Part shown: piece by piece, positions 50,183 to 63,165 of the stretch | Position numbering within the stretch: position 1 is the first letter of the stretch | How the letters are laid out: each line of letters opens with the position of its first letter | Assembly (NCBI GenBank): GCA_049591595.1 | Contig: JBAWFE010000045.1 | Span: forward strand, 15,089 to 79,088 | Direction of reading: 5' to 3' | DNA: 64,000 nt | Source of the DNA: Candidatus Dormiibacterota bacterium | Lineage (GTDB): Bacteria > Chloroflexota > Dormibacteria > Aeolococcales > Bog-877 | Position numbers and translations under genes: made by a program | The notes under the pieces: generated by a model | What the model was told of the DNA's origin: nothing | Databases searched by the model: none | The model's input: the letters and a program-made list of their open reading frames with translations, nothing else

Positions 50183-52426
50183 ATGCCTGGGGGGGTTGAG
50201 CGGACGCTCCGGCGAGCACACTCCACCGATGGGCGGCGCCTCGGGGCCGGGCTGGCAATAGGGTTTGCTCTGTGGCTGGCGGGAGTCTCCGTGGCGAGCG
50301 CCAGCGCCCCCACTTTCAATATCAACGGCACCTGGTCCATCACAGAGGATGGCTGCCGGAGCGGTAACTTTCCCGACGGGACACTGGTGGTCAGTGGCTG
50401 GAACTCGACCACTGGCACCTTCGAGGGGATGTACACCAGGGGCTCTGTCTCCCGGGTGCTTGACGGATCGGAGTCAGGCGATCAGCTGACCATTTCCGAT
50501 CCCACCTCCACCCTAAACCGCACGATCTCCGGTCCGGTGACACGCAGTGGTTCTTCGCTCACCGCCAGCTTGGCAGTCAAGTGCACCAATGGGGCTGCGG
50601 GGACGCTCGTGCTGCTGAACTCCAATCCTGTCGCCAGTGCCACTGCGTCCCCCACTCCCCACCAGTCAGGACTTGCCGCCGCGACTGTTGAGCGCAAATG
50701 GCGGATGACGGTCACTGTGACCAAAAGCCATTCCGGGGCGTCTAGCGCACCGCCGGACGCGCAGCAGGCGGTCGGACATACCAGCTCCGGGGTTGTTTGG
50801 CTTCAGGAGAGCTGTCCCAGCACTGGCAGTTGTACGTTGCTGTTTTGGGGCCCGGATGGTCCCGGAGATTCGTCGGGACTGGTGGCGTTCGACAACAATG
50901 CGGACTTCACCCCCCCTGCCGAATCCCAGCCGTTGACGGAGACCAGCAAGACCTTCCACGAGGTGTTGCTGGTAGGCGGATACGGAGGTCGATTCCCCTG
51001 TTCCGCACCATATACGCCCCCTCCGCAGGACGTGCTCACCCTTACGATCAGCTCGGCCCGTACCAGCGCCGGAACGCTCGTCGCCACTGGACTCACCGGC
51101 GACGAGTTGGAGACGGAGGGATGGTCCTGTGACGGGACCACCGATACCGGTTGGCGGACGATCGAGGTCTCAATCACCGCCCACCCAGTCGGGAAGAAGG
51201 TGGTGACGCCAGCCCAGCAGCGGCTCACTGTGTCCACCTTGGCCGCGTCGCTGAACCCTCCCGGAACGGCGTTCAGTTCCCCCGGTCTGATCGCCGCCAA
51301 CATAGTGATCACCGCCGCTTTGATTCTTTTTATCACCTTCCCGTCGGCGGTGTTCAATCACACACTTCAGGCCAACTACGAGGAGATCCGGGAGTTCGGA
51401 GAACGCCGGGTGCGCCTCTTGCGCCGGGTGAGGGAGCGCGCCGACCCGACTCGGAATAGGCGCCGGGAGTTGGCGGTATTCGCCGGGGTTCTACTGGTTG
51501 GGGGAGTTCTCAACGGGCTGCTCAATCCCAAATTCGGCCTGGACGGCACTTCGGTGGTGACCTACCTGGCGACACTCGCCACCCTGTGCTTCGGTGTCGC
51601 CGTCCCGGGGCTGGTGGCTCACACCTATCGCCGCGCGCGCCAGCGGGACCGGGTCTTCCGGGTCACGGCTCTTCCCGTGGGCCTCGGGTTGGCTGGTCTG
51701 TGCGTGCTGGTTTCGCGACTTACCGGCTTCGAACCGGGCTACTTCTATGGCCTGGTCTGCGGCGTCGTCTTCGGGAGCCAACTACCTAAGCACGAGGCCG
51801 GACACACCGCTGCGCTGGCGACGTTCACCACCATGCTGCTGACCATCTTGGCCTGGATCGGGTGGACCGTGATTCACCAAGCGGCGGCCAGTCCGGGAGC
51901 CGCGGCGCCAGTGATCTTCATCGACGACTTCTTGGCCTCGGTGTTCGTCGGCGGGTTGGTCGGCAACGTGGTGGGGCTGCTGCCCTTGCGGTTCCTGAAC
52001 GGCGGAACCCTGGCCGCCTGGCACCGGGGCGTTTGGGTTGCCGTGTTCGGGCTGGCGACCTTCTTGCTGATCCAAGTGCTGCTGCATCCGACCAAGGGGG
52101 CCGTCCATCCGAGCACGGCACCGGTCGTCACCGCGGTGATCTTATTCGTCGGTTTCGGGGGGGCCTCACTGGCCGTCAACCGCTACTTCGCCTGGTCGAA
52201 TCGACCCACCCGATTACCAGAAAAGGTCGTTCCGGTCACTCCCGAGCGCGCGTCGGGCGAGGGGGCGACGGTAGCGATCCCGGCTCAAGACGCTGCCGTA
52301 CCAGGGTCGGGCGCCGTAACTGGGACGCCACTGTCGCTGGCTCATAACTCTGACGTGGCTGGCCGGTCAGCGGACGCCGGACCGTCGGAGAGTGAGAAAT
52401 CCCAAAAACCTCCCCGAAAGGGGTAG
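50183..52426 (+). CDS. Hypothetical 747-aa protein: signal peptide, ~320-aa Cys-containing extracytoplasmic domain, ~8-TM C-terminal half, disordered tail
   Basis: N-terminal LAIGFALWLAGVSVASASA signal, then multiple hydrophobic helices from ~residue 360. No recognisable family motif. Confidence 0.6.
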   Translation: MPGGVERTLRRAHSTDGRRLGAGLAIGFALWLAGVSVASASAPTFNINGTWSITEDGCRSGNFPDGTLVVSGWNSTTGTFEGMYTRGSVSRVLDGSESGDQLTISDPTSTLNRTISGPVTRSGSSLTASLAVKCTNGAAGTLVLLNSNPVASATASPTPHQSGLAAATVERKWRMTVTVTKSHSGASSAPPDAQQAVGHTSSGVVWLQESCPSTGSCTLLFWGPDGPGDSSGLVAFDNNADFTPPAESQPLTETSKTFHEVLLVGGYGGRFPCSAPYTPPPQDVLTLTISSARTSAGTLVATGLTGDELETEGWSCDGTTDTGWRTIEVSITAHPVGKKVVTPAQQRLTVSTLAASLNPPGTAFSSPGLIAANIVITAALILFITFPSAVFNHTLQANYEEIREFGERRVRLLRRVRERADPTRNRRRELAVFAGVLLVGGVLNGLLNPKFGLDGTSVVTYLATLATLCFGVAVPGLVAHTYRRARQRDRVFRVTALPVGLGLAGLCVLVSRLTGFEPGYFYGLVCGVVFGSQLPKHEAGHTAALATFTTMLLTILAWIGWTVIHQAAASPGAAAPVIFIDDFLASVFVGGLVGNVVGLLPLRFLNGGTLAAWHRGVWVAVFGLATFLLIQVLLHPTKGAVHPSTAPVVTAVILFVGFGGASLAVNRYFAWSNRPTRLPEKVVPVTPERASGEGATVAIPAQDAAVPGSGAVTGTPLSLAHNSDVAGRSADAGPSESEKSQKPPRKG

Positions 52427-53358
52427 GAGCGGCCGCAGCCGCGACAGCTGGCCGCTGCCGGAGTCCAAGCGAGCTCAGAATGACAACTGGGGCACCTGGT
52501 CCGTCGGGCCAACTCGACCAGCGCCGCCGGAGTCGCCCGGTCCTCCGGCACAAGGCGGCCGGCTTGGGCGCGGCCCCTTGTCGCCAAGAGGAACTGACTG
52601 GGGCCCCACCAGCCCCGTCCCAGCCGTTGCGCGGCGAGCTCCATGGCGTACACCGCCGGACGTAGGCCGTTCACCAGACGGGCCGGCAGCACCTGGTCCC
52701 AGCGGCGAAAGTTGTTGACGCTGGCGGCAGAGTGGCTGCGGAATCCGGCGCGCCGTAAACACTCCCGGATCGCCGCTAACTGGAACGTATAGAACGGGTA
52801 CTGGGTGGAACCAGTCACTTCCGGCTGCGGACCCTTTAGACGCGCTGAGGAGCCGCTCCGTGCGCTCCGCAGGCGGGCCAGCGCGTGATGCTTTATCGGT
52901 ACATCGACGAGCCAACGCCGGCCCACGGTTCGACCCATCTCAGTCAGGCATTTGTCCACGTCAGACATGTGGTGCAGCACCCGGACCACCATGGCGGCAT
53001 CGACCGCCGAGTCGACCAATGGCAGCTGCGCCAGGTCGGCCCGAATCAAGGTAGTGTGACCGGCCCGGATCTCCGGTGCGAGACGCTCTGCCGCCCGAGT
53101 TAGCTGAATCACCGAATAGTCCAGCAGGATCACGTGATCCGCTACCGCGCGGTAGTGAATCGCGTTCCGCCCGAAGCCGCCTCCGAAGTCAGCGAACCAG
53201 CTTGCCCGACCGATCCTCGGCAGCAGCCGGCGGAGGGTGCGCGCCTCGACCCAATGTTCATAGTCTCGATTGCCCCAGAAGGCGCAGTAGTCGTATCCGC
53301 CGTCGTAGTCAACGATCCTTTGGGGGGCCGGAGACGCGGCTGCAGGGGGAGTTGTCAT
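52342..53358 (-). CDS. Class-I SAM-dependent methyltransferase fused to a C-terminal Trm112-like (UPF0434) zinc-ribbon domain
   Basis: Motif I ADFGGGFGRN. C-terminal CPSCHSEL...CRGCGRSYPFRGGFWDF. Convergent with the upstream membrane-protein gene and overlapping it by 85 nt. Confidence 0.7.
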   Translation of the reverse strand: MTTPPAAASPAPQRIVDYDGGYDYCAFWGNRDYEHWVEARTLRRLLPRIGRASWFADFGGGFGRNAIHYRAVADHVILLDYSVIQLTRAAERLAPEIRAGHTTLIRADLAQLPLVDSAVDAAMVVRVLHHMSDVDKCLTEMGRTVGRRWLVDVPIKHHALARLRSARSGSSARLKGPQPEVTGSTQYPFYTFQLAAIRECLRRAGFRSHSAASVNNFRRWDQVLPARLVNGLRPAVYAMELAAQRLGRGWWGPSQFLLATRGRAQAGRLVPEDRATPAALVELARRTRCPSCHSELAWTPAAASCRGCGRSYPFRGGFWDFSLSDGPASADRPATSEL

Positions 53359-53454
53359 GAACTCAGGGATGGTAGCCGCTGACGCCGGCTAGAGAGTGGA
53401 TCCGAGGGGCCCGGTGAGCGGACTTGCAGTTGGGATGCTCCCCGGGATAGACTG

Positions 53455-53481
53455 TTAGCACTCACGAGGGTTGAGTGCTAA
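53455..53481 (+). promoter_or_regulatory. CIRCE operator (HrcA binding site) TTAGCACTC-N9-GAGTGCTAA upstream of groES
   Basis: Perfect match to the CIRCE consensus. About 20 nt upstream of an AGGAGG RBS and the groES ATG. Confidence 0.92.
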
Positions 53482-53499
53482 CAGTGCAGGAGGTAGGGA

Positions 53500-53811
53500 A
53501 TGGCCCTAAAGCTACGGCCACTAGCTGACCGTGTAGTCGTCAAGCCGCTGGAGCGGGAAGAGACCACCAAGAGTGGGATCGTTCTGCCAGACACCGCCAA
53601 GGAGAAGCCGCAAGAGGGGCTGATCGAAGCGGTCGGAAATGGCAAGTACAACGAGCAAACCGGGCAACGAGTCGCCCTCGACGTAGCTATCGGCGACCGG
53701 ATCATCTACGCCAAGTACTCGGGCTCGGAGATCAAGATCGACGAGCAGGATTACCTGATTCTTTCGGAGCGAGACATCCTGGCCGTGGTCGCGTCCAACG
53801 GCAAGTCCTGA
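53500..53811 (+). CDS. groES: Co-chaperonin GroES
   Basis: [16 protein letters not shown]... 103 aa. Confidence 0.97.
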   Translation: MALKLRPLADRVVVKPLEREETTKSGIVLPDTAKEKPQEGLIEAVGNGKYNEQTGQRVALDVAIGDRIIYAKYSGSEIKIDEQDYLILSERDILAVVASNGKS

Positions 53812-53889
53812 ACAGATGAGCCGAGGGCTCGCGCGACCCAGTTCGGGGGTCGCCGCGAGCCCCGCCCCAAGCCTAGGAGAGATCATCAA

Positions 53890-55593
53890 GTGCCAGCAAA
53901 GCAGCTGAAGTTCGACGACCAGGCCCGCGACGCGCTACTCCGGGGCACGGCCCAGGTGGCGGCGGCGGTCCGGCCCACGCTCGGCCCGAGGGGCCGATCA
54001 GTCGTGATCGATCGGCGTTACGGCAGTCCTCAGATCACCACCGATGGGGCGACCATCGTCCGGGACATCGAGCTGCCGGACCACTTCGAGAACATGGGTG
54101 CTCAGCTGCTGGCCGAAGCGGCCCGGCGCGCCAACGACACCGCCGGTGATGGGACCACCACCGCTGCGCTTCTGGCCGAGGCCATGGTCGAGGAGGGGGT
54201 GCGCAATCTGGCAGCCGGAGCCTCCCCAATGGGACTCAAGCGGGGAATCGAGAAGGCCACCCAGCTGGTGCTGGCGGAGCTGGACCGTCAGAGTCGCCCC
54301 CTGGCCGGTCGAGACGACATCGCCCAGGTTGCATCCATCTCCAGCGGCAGCAAGGAGATCGGCGAGATGATCGCCGACGCCATGGAGCGGGTGACCTCCG
54401 AGGGGGTCATCACCGTGGAGGATTCCTCGGGAATCGAGACCGAAGTCAAAGTCGTCGACGGCATGCAGTTCGATCGCGGCTTCGCCTCCGCCTATTTGGT
54501 GACCGACCAGAAGGGCATGGAGGCGGTGCTGGAGCAGCCACTGATCCTGATCACGCCTCGAAAGCTGTCCGCGATGGTGGATATCGTGCCGGCCATGGAG
54601 CTGGCCGTTAAGGCGAGCAGGCCCCTCCTGGTGATCGCCGAGGACATCGATGGCGAGGCGCTGGCCACGTTGGTGGTCAACAAGGTCAGGGGCACCATTT
54701 CCGCCTGCGCGGTCAAGGCACCCGGCTTCGGCGATCGAAGGACGGCGATGCTGCAGGACATTGCGGTCCTGATCGGGGCCGAGGTGATCTCAGAGGAGCT
54801 GGGGCTCACCCTGGAGGGCCTGACCGAGTCGCAGCTCGGTTCGGCGCGCCGGGTAGTGGTCACCAAAGACGACACGACCATCGTCGAGGGCGCCGGAGAC
54901 GCGGAGTTGGTGCGCGTCCGGGTCCGCGAGATCGATCAGCAGATGGAACTGACCGAGTCAGACTGGGATCGCGAAAAGCTCCAGGAACGTAAGGCTCGTC
55001 TGATCGGCGGGGTGGCCGTGATCAAGGTCGGGGCTCCCACCGAGACCGCTCTCAAGGAGCGCAAGGAGCGGGTCGAGGACGCGCTCGATGCCACCCGGGC
55101 GGCCGTTGCTGAAGGGATCCTCCCGGGAGGCGGGCGGAGTCTGCTGGTGGCCGCCGCGGCACTCGATTCCATCAAAGGGACCACCGATGAGGAAACGGGC
55201 GTCGACATCGTTCGCCGCGCGCTCCAGGTGCCTGCTCGCCAGTTGGCCGCCAACGCCGGTTTGGACGGGTCGGTTACCTTGGAGAAGATCCTGGAAATGG
55301 GTCCCACCGAAGGGCTCGATCTGTCCAACCTGAAGTACGGAGACCTGCTCAAGGCGGGAATCATTGACCCGACCAAGGTGGTCAAGACGAGCCTCCAGAG
55401 TGCGGCCTCGGTGGCGGCCCTGATGCTGACCACCCAGGCCCTGGTTGCCGACGTTCCCGAGTTGACCCCGGCGCTCCCAGGCGGGGGCGGCGAGGAAGGC
55501 ATGGGCGGTATGGGTGGCATGGGAGGGATGGGCGGCATGGGCGGCATGGGCGGGATGGGAGATATGGGCGGCATGGGGGACATGGACTTCTGA
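53890..55593 (+). CDS. groEL: Chaperonin GroEL (with C-terminal GGM repeat tail)
   Basis: GTG start. ...TLGPRGRSVVIDR..., AVKAPGFGDRR. C-terminal (GGM)n. Confidence 0.97.
   Translation: MPAKQLKFDDQARDALLRGTAQVAAAVRPTLGPRGRSVVIDRRYGSPQITTDGATIVRDIELPDHFENMGAQLLAEAARRANDTAGDGTTTAALLAEAMVEEGVRNLAAGASPMGLKRGIEKATQLVLAELDRQSRPLAGRDDIAQVASISSGSKEIGEMIADAMERVTSEGVITVEDSSGIETEVKVVDGMQFDRGFASAYLVTDQKGMEAVLEQPLILITPRKLSAMVDIVPAMELAVKASRPLLVIAEDIDGEALATLVVNKVRGTISACAVKAPGFGDRRTAMLQDIAVLIGAEVISEELGLTLEGLTESQLGSARRVVVTKDDTTIVEGAGDAELVRVRVREIDQQMELTESDWDREKLQERKARLIGGVAVIKVGAPTETALKERKERVEDALDATRAAVAEGILPGGGRSLLVAAAALDSIKGTTDEETGVDIVRRALQVPARQLAANAGLDGSVTLEKILEMGPTEGLDLSNLKYGDLLKAGIIDPTKVVKTSLQSAASVAALMLTTQALVADVPELTPALPGGGGEEGMGGMGGMGGMGGMGGMGGMGDMGGMGDMDF
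55498..55590 (+). repeat. Imperfect 9-nt tandem repeats (ggcatgggc-like) encoding the GroEL (GGM)n tail
   Basis: Read directly from the sequence. Confidence 0.8.
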
Positions 55594-55619
55594 CCGCTTG
55601 GCGGGCGGAGAATGTCCAG

Positions 55620-56488
55620 ATGCCTCAGACCTCACAGCTCAAGGTCGCGGTGTGCCAGTACGCACCCCAACTAGGCGAGCCTGAAAGGAACTCGGATCGA
55701 GGTGCGAGGTGGATCGCCCGAGCAGCGGATGCCGGAGCCCAGCTGATCGTTCTACCGGAGCTAGCTTCGTCCGGTTATGCATTCGCCAGCGAGGCGGAAG
55801 CCGGTGCCTCGGCGCAGGGAGTTGAGGGCCAGTGCCTCCAGACGTGGGCCGCGAGCTGCCGCCGGCTGGGGGTGTATGTAGTTGCCGGATTCTGTGAGCA
55901 GGCAGCGGAGGGGCGATTCAACTCCGCAGCTCTGCTTGGCCCGGACGGGGTGATCGGCCTCTACCGCAAAGCCCACCTTTTCTACGACGAACAGACCTAC
56001 TTCCTACCCGGGAACCGTGGCTTTCCGGTCTTCGAGCTGCCCTTCGGGAAGGTGGGGATGCTGGTTTGCTACGACCTGTGGTTTCCGGAGGCCGCCCGCG
56101 TGCTGGCCCTGGCCGGGGCTGACGTGATCTGTGTTCCGACCAACTGGGTCGCCAATTTTCGGAGAAGAGTTGCCGACGAGCGGGGATGGGTCATGGGCAA
56201 CTACGCATCGGTGGCCGTGGCCACCCAAAACCAGGTGTTCGTGGCGGCCGCAGATCGCATCGGCCGAGAGAACGAAGTCGAGTTCGTCGGTGGCAGCTGC
56301 ATCGTAGGACCGGAGGGGTGGATGCTGGCTGGCCCCGGGTCCCGAACCGAGGAGGCGCTGCTCCTGGCCGACCTGGATCTGCGACAGGCCGTTTCGCGCA
56401 AGCAGCGCACCCCCCGCAACCACGCGTTCGGGGACCGCCGTCCAGATCTCTACCGGGAGCTTGGCAGTAATTCGGCCCTAGCCAGCGA

Positions 56489-56492
<4 letters not shown>
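55620..56492 (+). CDS. Carbon-nitrogen hydrolase (nitrilase superfamily) protein
   Basis: E-K-C triad context (VLPEL..., YRKAHLF, MLVCYDLWFPE). 290 aa. Confidence 0.82.
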
Positions 56493-60837
<4,345 letters not shown>

Positions 60838-60880
60838 CCGCCGGTCCTCACCACCTTCGAGGGCGAGCTTATTCGGATTG

Positions 60881-61501
60881 TTACCCGTCTCCCCGAAGAA
60901 GGTGCAGGGCCCGCTGGGCAGCGTCAAGCGCTTCAACTTCCGACGCGCCTAGCGCGACCGCGGCCTCCTGGCAGGCCAGGAGCGCCGCCTCCAACTGCTC
61001 GAGGCCGATCGTGAGGGCGTATCGCTCGACTAGCCCGACCAGCTTCTCCGCCTCGATCTCCAGGTCGACCGCGATGCCGCGCATCAGGGCGGCCCACCGG
61101 TCTCGGGACTCCTCCACCTTCCGGGCCGCCTCCTCAAGACTTGCCTGAGCCTTGGTGCTCGCTCGGCGAGCCCCGGGGATTGGTCGGCTTTGAATGACAG
61201 CCGCGGCCCCGCGTTGGCCGGCCCCGTCCAAAAGTCGCCTCGCCGTACGGGTCGCGGCGAACGCCACCGCCGCCGCATCGAGGGCAGCGACTTGGGGGGC
61301 ATCCGGCTCGCCGTCGGGGTCGGTGATGGCAGGCACTCCTCGGGTCTTTCGATCAGGCGATCCTATAATCCAGGCTCTGTGTCGGAAGAGCGAGCGAGCG
61401 TACCCCCAGCTGGTTCGATAGCCCCTTCCGAGGTTGCCCACGTTAGTAGCCTGGCTCGCCTCGGTCTGACTCCCTCCGAGTTGGAGAAGTTGGCAGCCCA
61501 A
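60881..61501 (-). CDS. Hypothetical protein (Ala-rich, helical C-terminal half), antisense in the ligA-gatC gap; N-terminus as drawn overlaps gatC and is probably shorter
   Basis: Open frame only. Codon-third-position GC is not clearly gene-like. Supported mainly by an opposite-strand gene in the same ligA-gatC position in actinobacterial genomes. Confidence 0.3.
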   Translation of the reverse strand: MGCQLLQLGGSQTEASQATNVGNLGRGYRTSWGYARSLFRHRAWIIGSPDRKTRGVPAITDPDGEPDAPQVAALDAAAVAFAATRTARRLLDGAGQRGAAAVIQSRPIPGARRASTKAQASLEEAARKVEESRDRWAALMRGIAVDLEIEAEKLVGLVERYALTIGLEQLEAALLACQEAAVALGASEVEALDAAQRALHLLRGDG

Positions 61502-61696
61502 CTTGAGGTGATCGTAGCCGCGGTGGGCAAGCTCGCGTCAGCTGACACCTCCTCGGTGGAAGCCACCGCCCAGGTGGGGGGTCTGCGCAATGTGACCCGG
61601 GCCGACGAAGTGGCCCCCGGTCTGAGCGCGGAGGAGGCGCTGGCCAATGCCAGTGTCCAGGTGGCAGGGTTCCTTCGGGTCCCGGCGATCCAGTGA
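61379..61696 (+). CDS. gatC: Asp/Glu-tRNA amidotransferase subunit C
   Basis: ...IAPSEVAHVSSLARLGLTPSELEKL... matches the GatC pattern. GTG at 61379 sits ~10 nt after a TATAAT. The track frame opens at 61190 with an implausible Arg-rich extension. Confidence 0.8.
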   Translation: MSEERASVPPAGSIAPSEVAHVSSLARLGLTPSELEKLAAQLEVIVAAVGKLASADTSSVEATAQVGGLRNVTRADEVAPGLSAEEALANASVQVAGFLRVPAIQ

Positions 61697-63165
61697 CGCT
61701 GCTCGAAGAGCCAATTCGCGAACTGGGCCGTCGACTCCGCGCTGGCGAGGTCTCGGCGGTTGAGTTGGCCCAGGAGGCTCTGGTCCGGGCGGAACAAATT
61801 GACCCCGCGCTGGGAGCCTATCTGAGGGTGACTCCGGCAGTGGCCCTGGAGGCCGCCGCGGCGGCAGACCGGCGCCTTCGAGACGATCCGGGGACGGCTC
61901 CGATCCTCTGTGGCATCCCGGTCGCCTACAAGGACGTGCTCTGCACCAAGGGAGTGGAGACCACCGCCGGCAGCCAGATTCTGCGCGGCTTCGTGCCGCC
62001 TTACAGCGCCACCGTCATAGACCGGTTGGCGGCACTGGGCGTGGTGCCCCTAGGCAAGCTCAACTGCGACGAATTTGCTATGGGCAGCTCGAATGAGAAC
62101 TCTGCCTATCAGGCGACCAGGAACCCCTGGGCCCCCGAACGGGTTGCGGGAGGCAGCAGCGGGGGCTCCGCAGTCGCGGTGGCGGCCCGGCTCGCCTGTG
62201 CCACCCTAGGCAGCGACACCGGGGGCTCGATCCGCCTCCCCGCCTCTTTCAGCGGTGTGGTCGGGGTAAAGCCGACCTACGGCCGCGTCAGCCGGTACGG
62301 GCTGATCGCCTTCGCCAGCTCCTTGGACCAGATCGGTCCGCTCGCCAAGACGGTGGAGGACGCCGCTCTGGTTTTGACAGCCATCGCAGGTCAGGATCCG
62401 CGCGACAGCACCAGCGTCATGGCTCCGGTGGAGGGCTTCCTGGGCGAGCTAAAAAAAGGGGTCAAGGGGCTGCGGCTGGGGATCCCGCGAGAGTACCTGG
62501 AGGTGGGAATCGATCCGGGAGTTCGTGCCGTTTTCGAGCATTCGGTGGAGACCCTGGAGGGGGCAGGTGCGGTGATCAAGGAGGTCAGCCTGCCGACCAC
62601 CGAGTACGCCCTCTCGGCGTACTACGTAATCGCTCCCGCCGAGGTCAGCAGCAATCTGGCGCGGATGGACGGGGTGCGGTTTGGGCCAGGGTTCCCGGAA
62701 GCAAAAACCCTCAGAGAGGCCTACGAACACTCCCGCCACGAGGGATTTGGGGCAGAGGTTCGCCGCCGGGTAACCCTCGGTACCTATGCCCTGACCAGCG
62801 GGTACTACGACGCCTACTACCTCAGAGCCCAGAAGGTGCGCACCCTGGTCGCCCAGGATTTCGACCGAGCGTTCGCCGAGGTGGAGGCGATCATTTCACC
62901 GACGGCCCCGACGGCCGCTTTCCGCCTCGGCGAGCGGACGGCCGATCCGATGGCGATGTACGCCACCGACATCCTCACCCTGCCGGCCAATCTCGCGGGG
63001 ATCTCCGGGGTCTCGGTTCCGGCTGGGTTTGCGCAAGGACTGCCAGTTGGGCTGCAGGTGCTAGGCCCCCATTTGGGAGAGGCGACCTGCTTTCGGGTTG
63101 CCCAGAGTCTTGAGAGCGAGGTCGAGGTCTGGAACAAGCTTCCCCCGCTGGCGGCAGCCCCGTGA
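61693..63165 (+). CDS. gatA: Glu/Asp-tRNA amidotransferase subunit A
   Basis: Amidase signature [17 protein letters not shown] overlap with gatC. Confidence 0.95.
   Translation: MTLLEEPIRELGRRLRAGEVSAVELAQEALVRAEQIDPALGAYLRVTPAVALEAAAAADRRLRDDPGTAPILCGIPVAYKDVLCTKGVETTAGSQILRGFVPPYSATVIDRLAALGVVPLGKLNCDEFAMGSSNENSAYQATRNPWAPERVAGGSSGGSAVAVAARLACATLGSDTGGSIRLPASFSGVVGVKPTYGRVSRYGLIAFASSLDQIGPLAKTVEDAALVLTAIAGQDPRDSTSVMAPVEGFLGELKKGVKGLRLGIPREYLEVGIDPGVRAVFEHSVETLEGAGAVIKEVSLPTTEYALSAYYVIAPAEVSSNLARMDGVRFGPGFPEAKTLREAYEHSRHEGFGAEVRRRVTLGTYALTSGYYDAYYLRAQKVRTLVAQDFDRAFAEVEAIISPTAPTAAFRLGERTADPMAMYATDILTLPANLAGISGVSVPAGFAQGLPVGLQVLGPHLGEATCFRVAQSLESEVEVWNKLPPLAAAP

Noticed and set aside
61190-61378. 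Upstream in-frame extension of gatC
   Set aside because: Its translation is Arg-rich nonsense (MNDSRGPALAGPVQKSPRRTGRGERHRRR...). The GatC homology begins near 61379.
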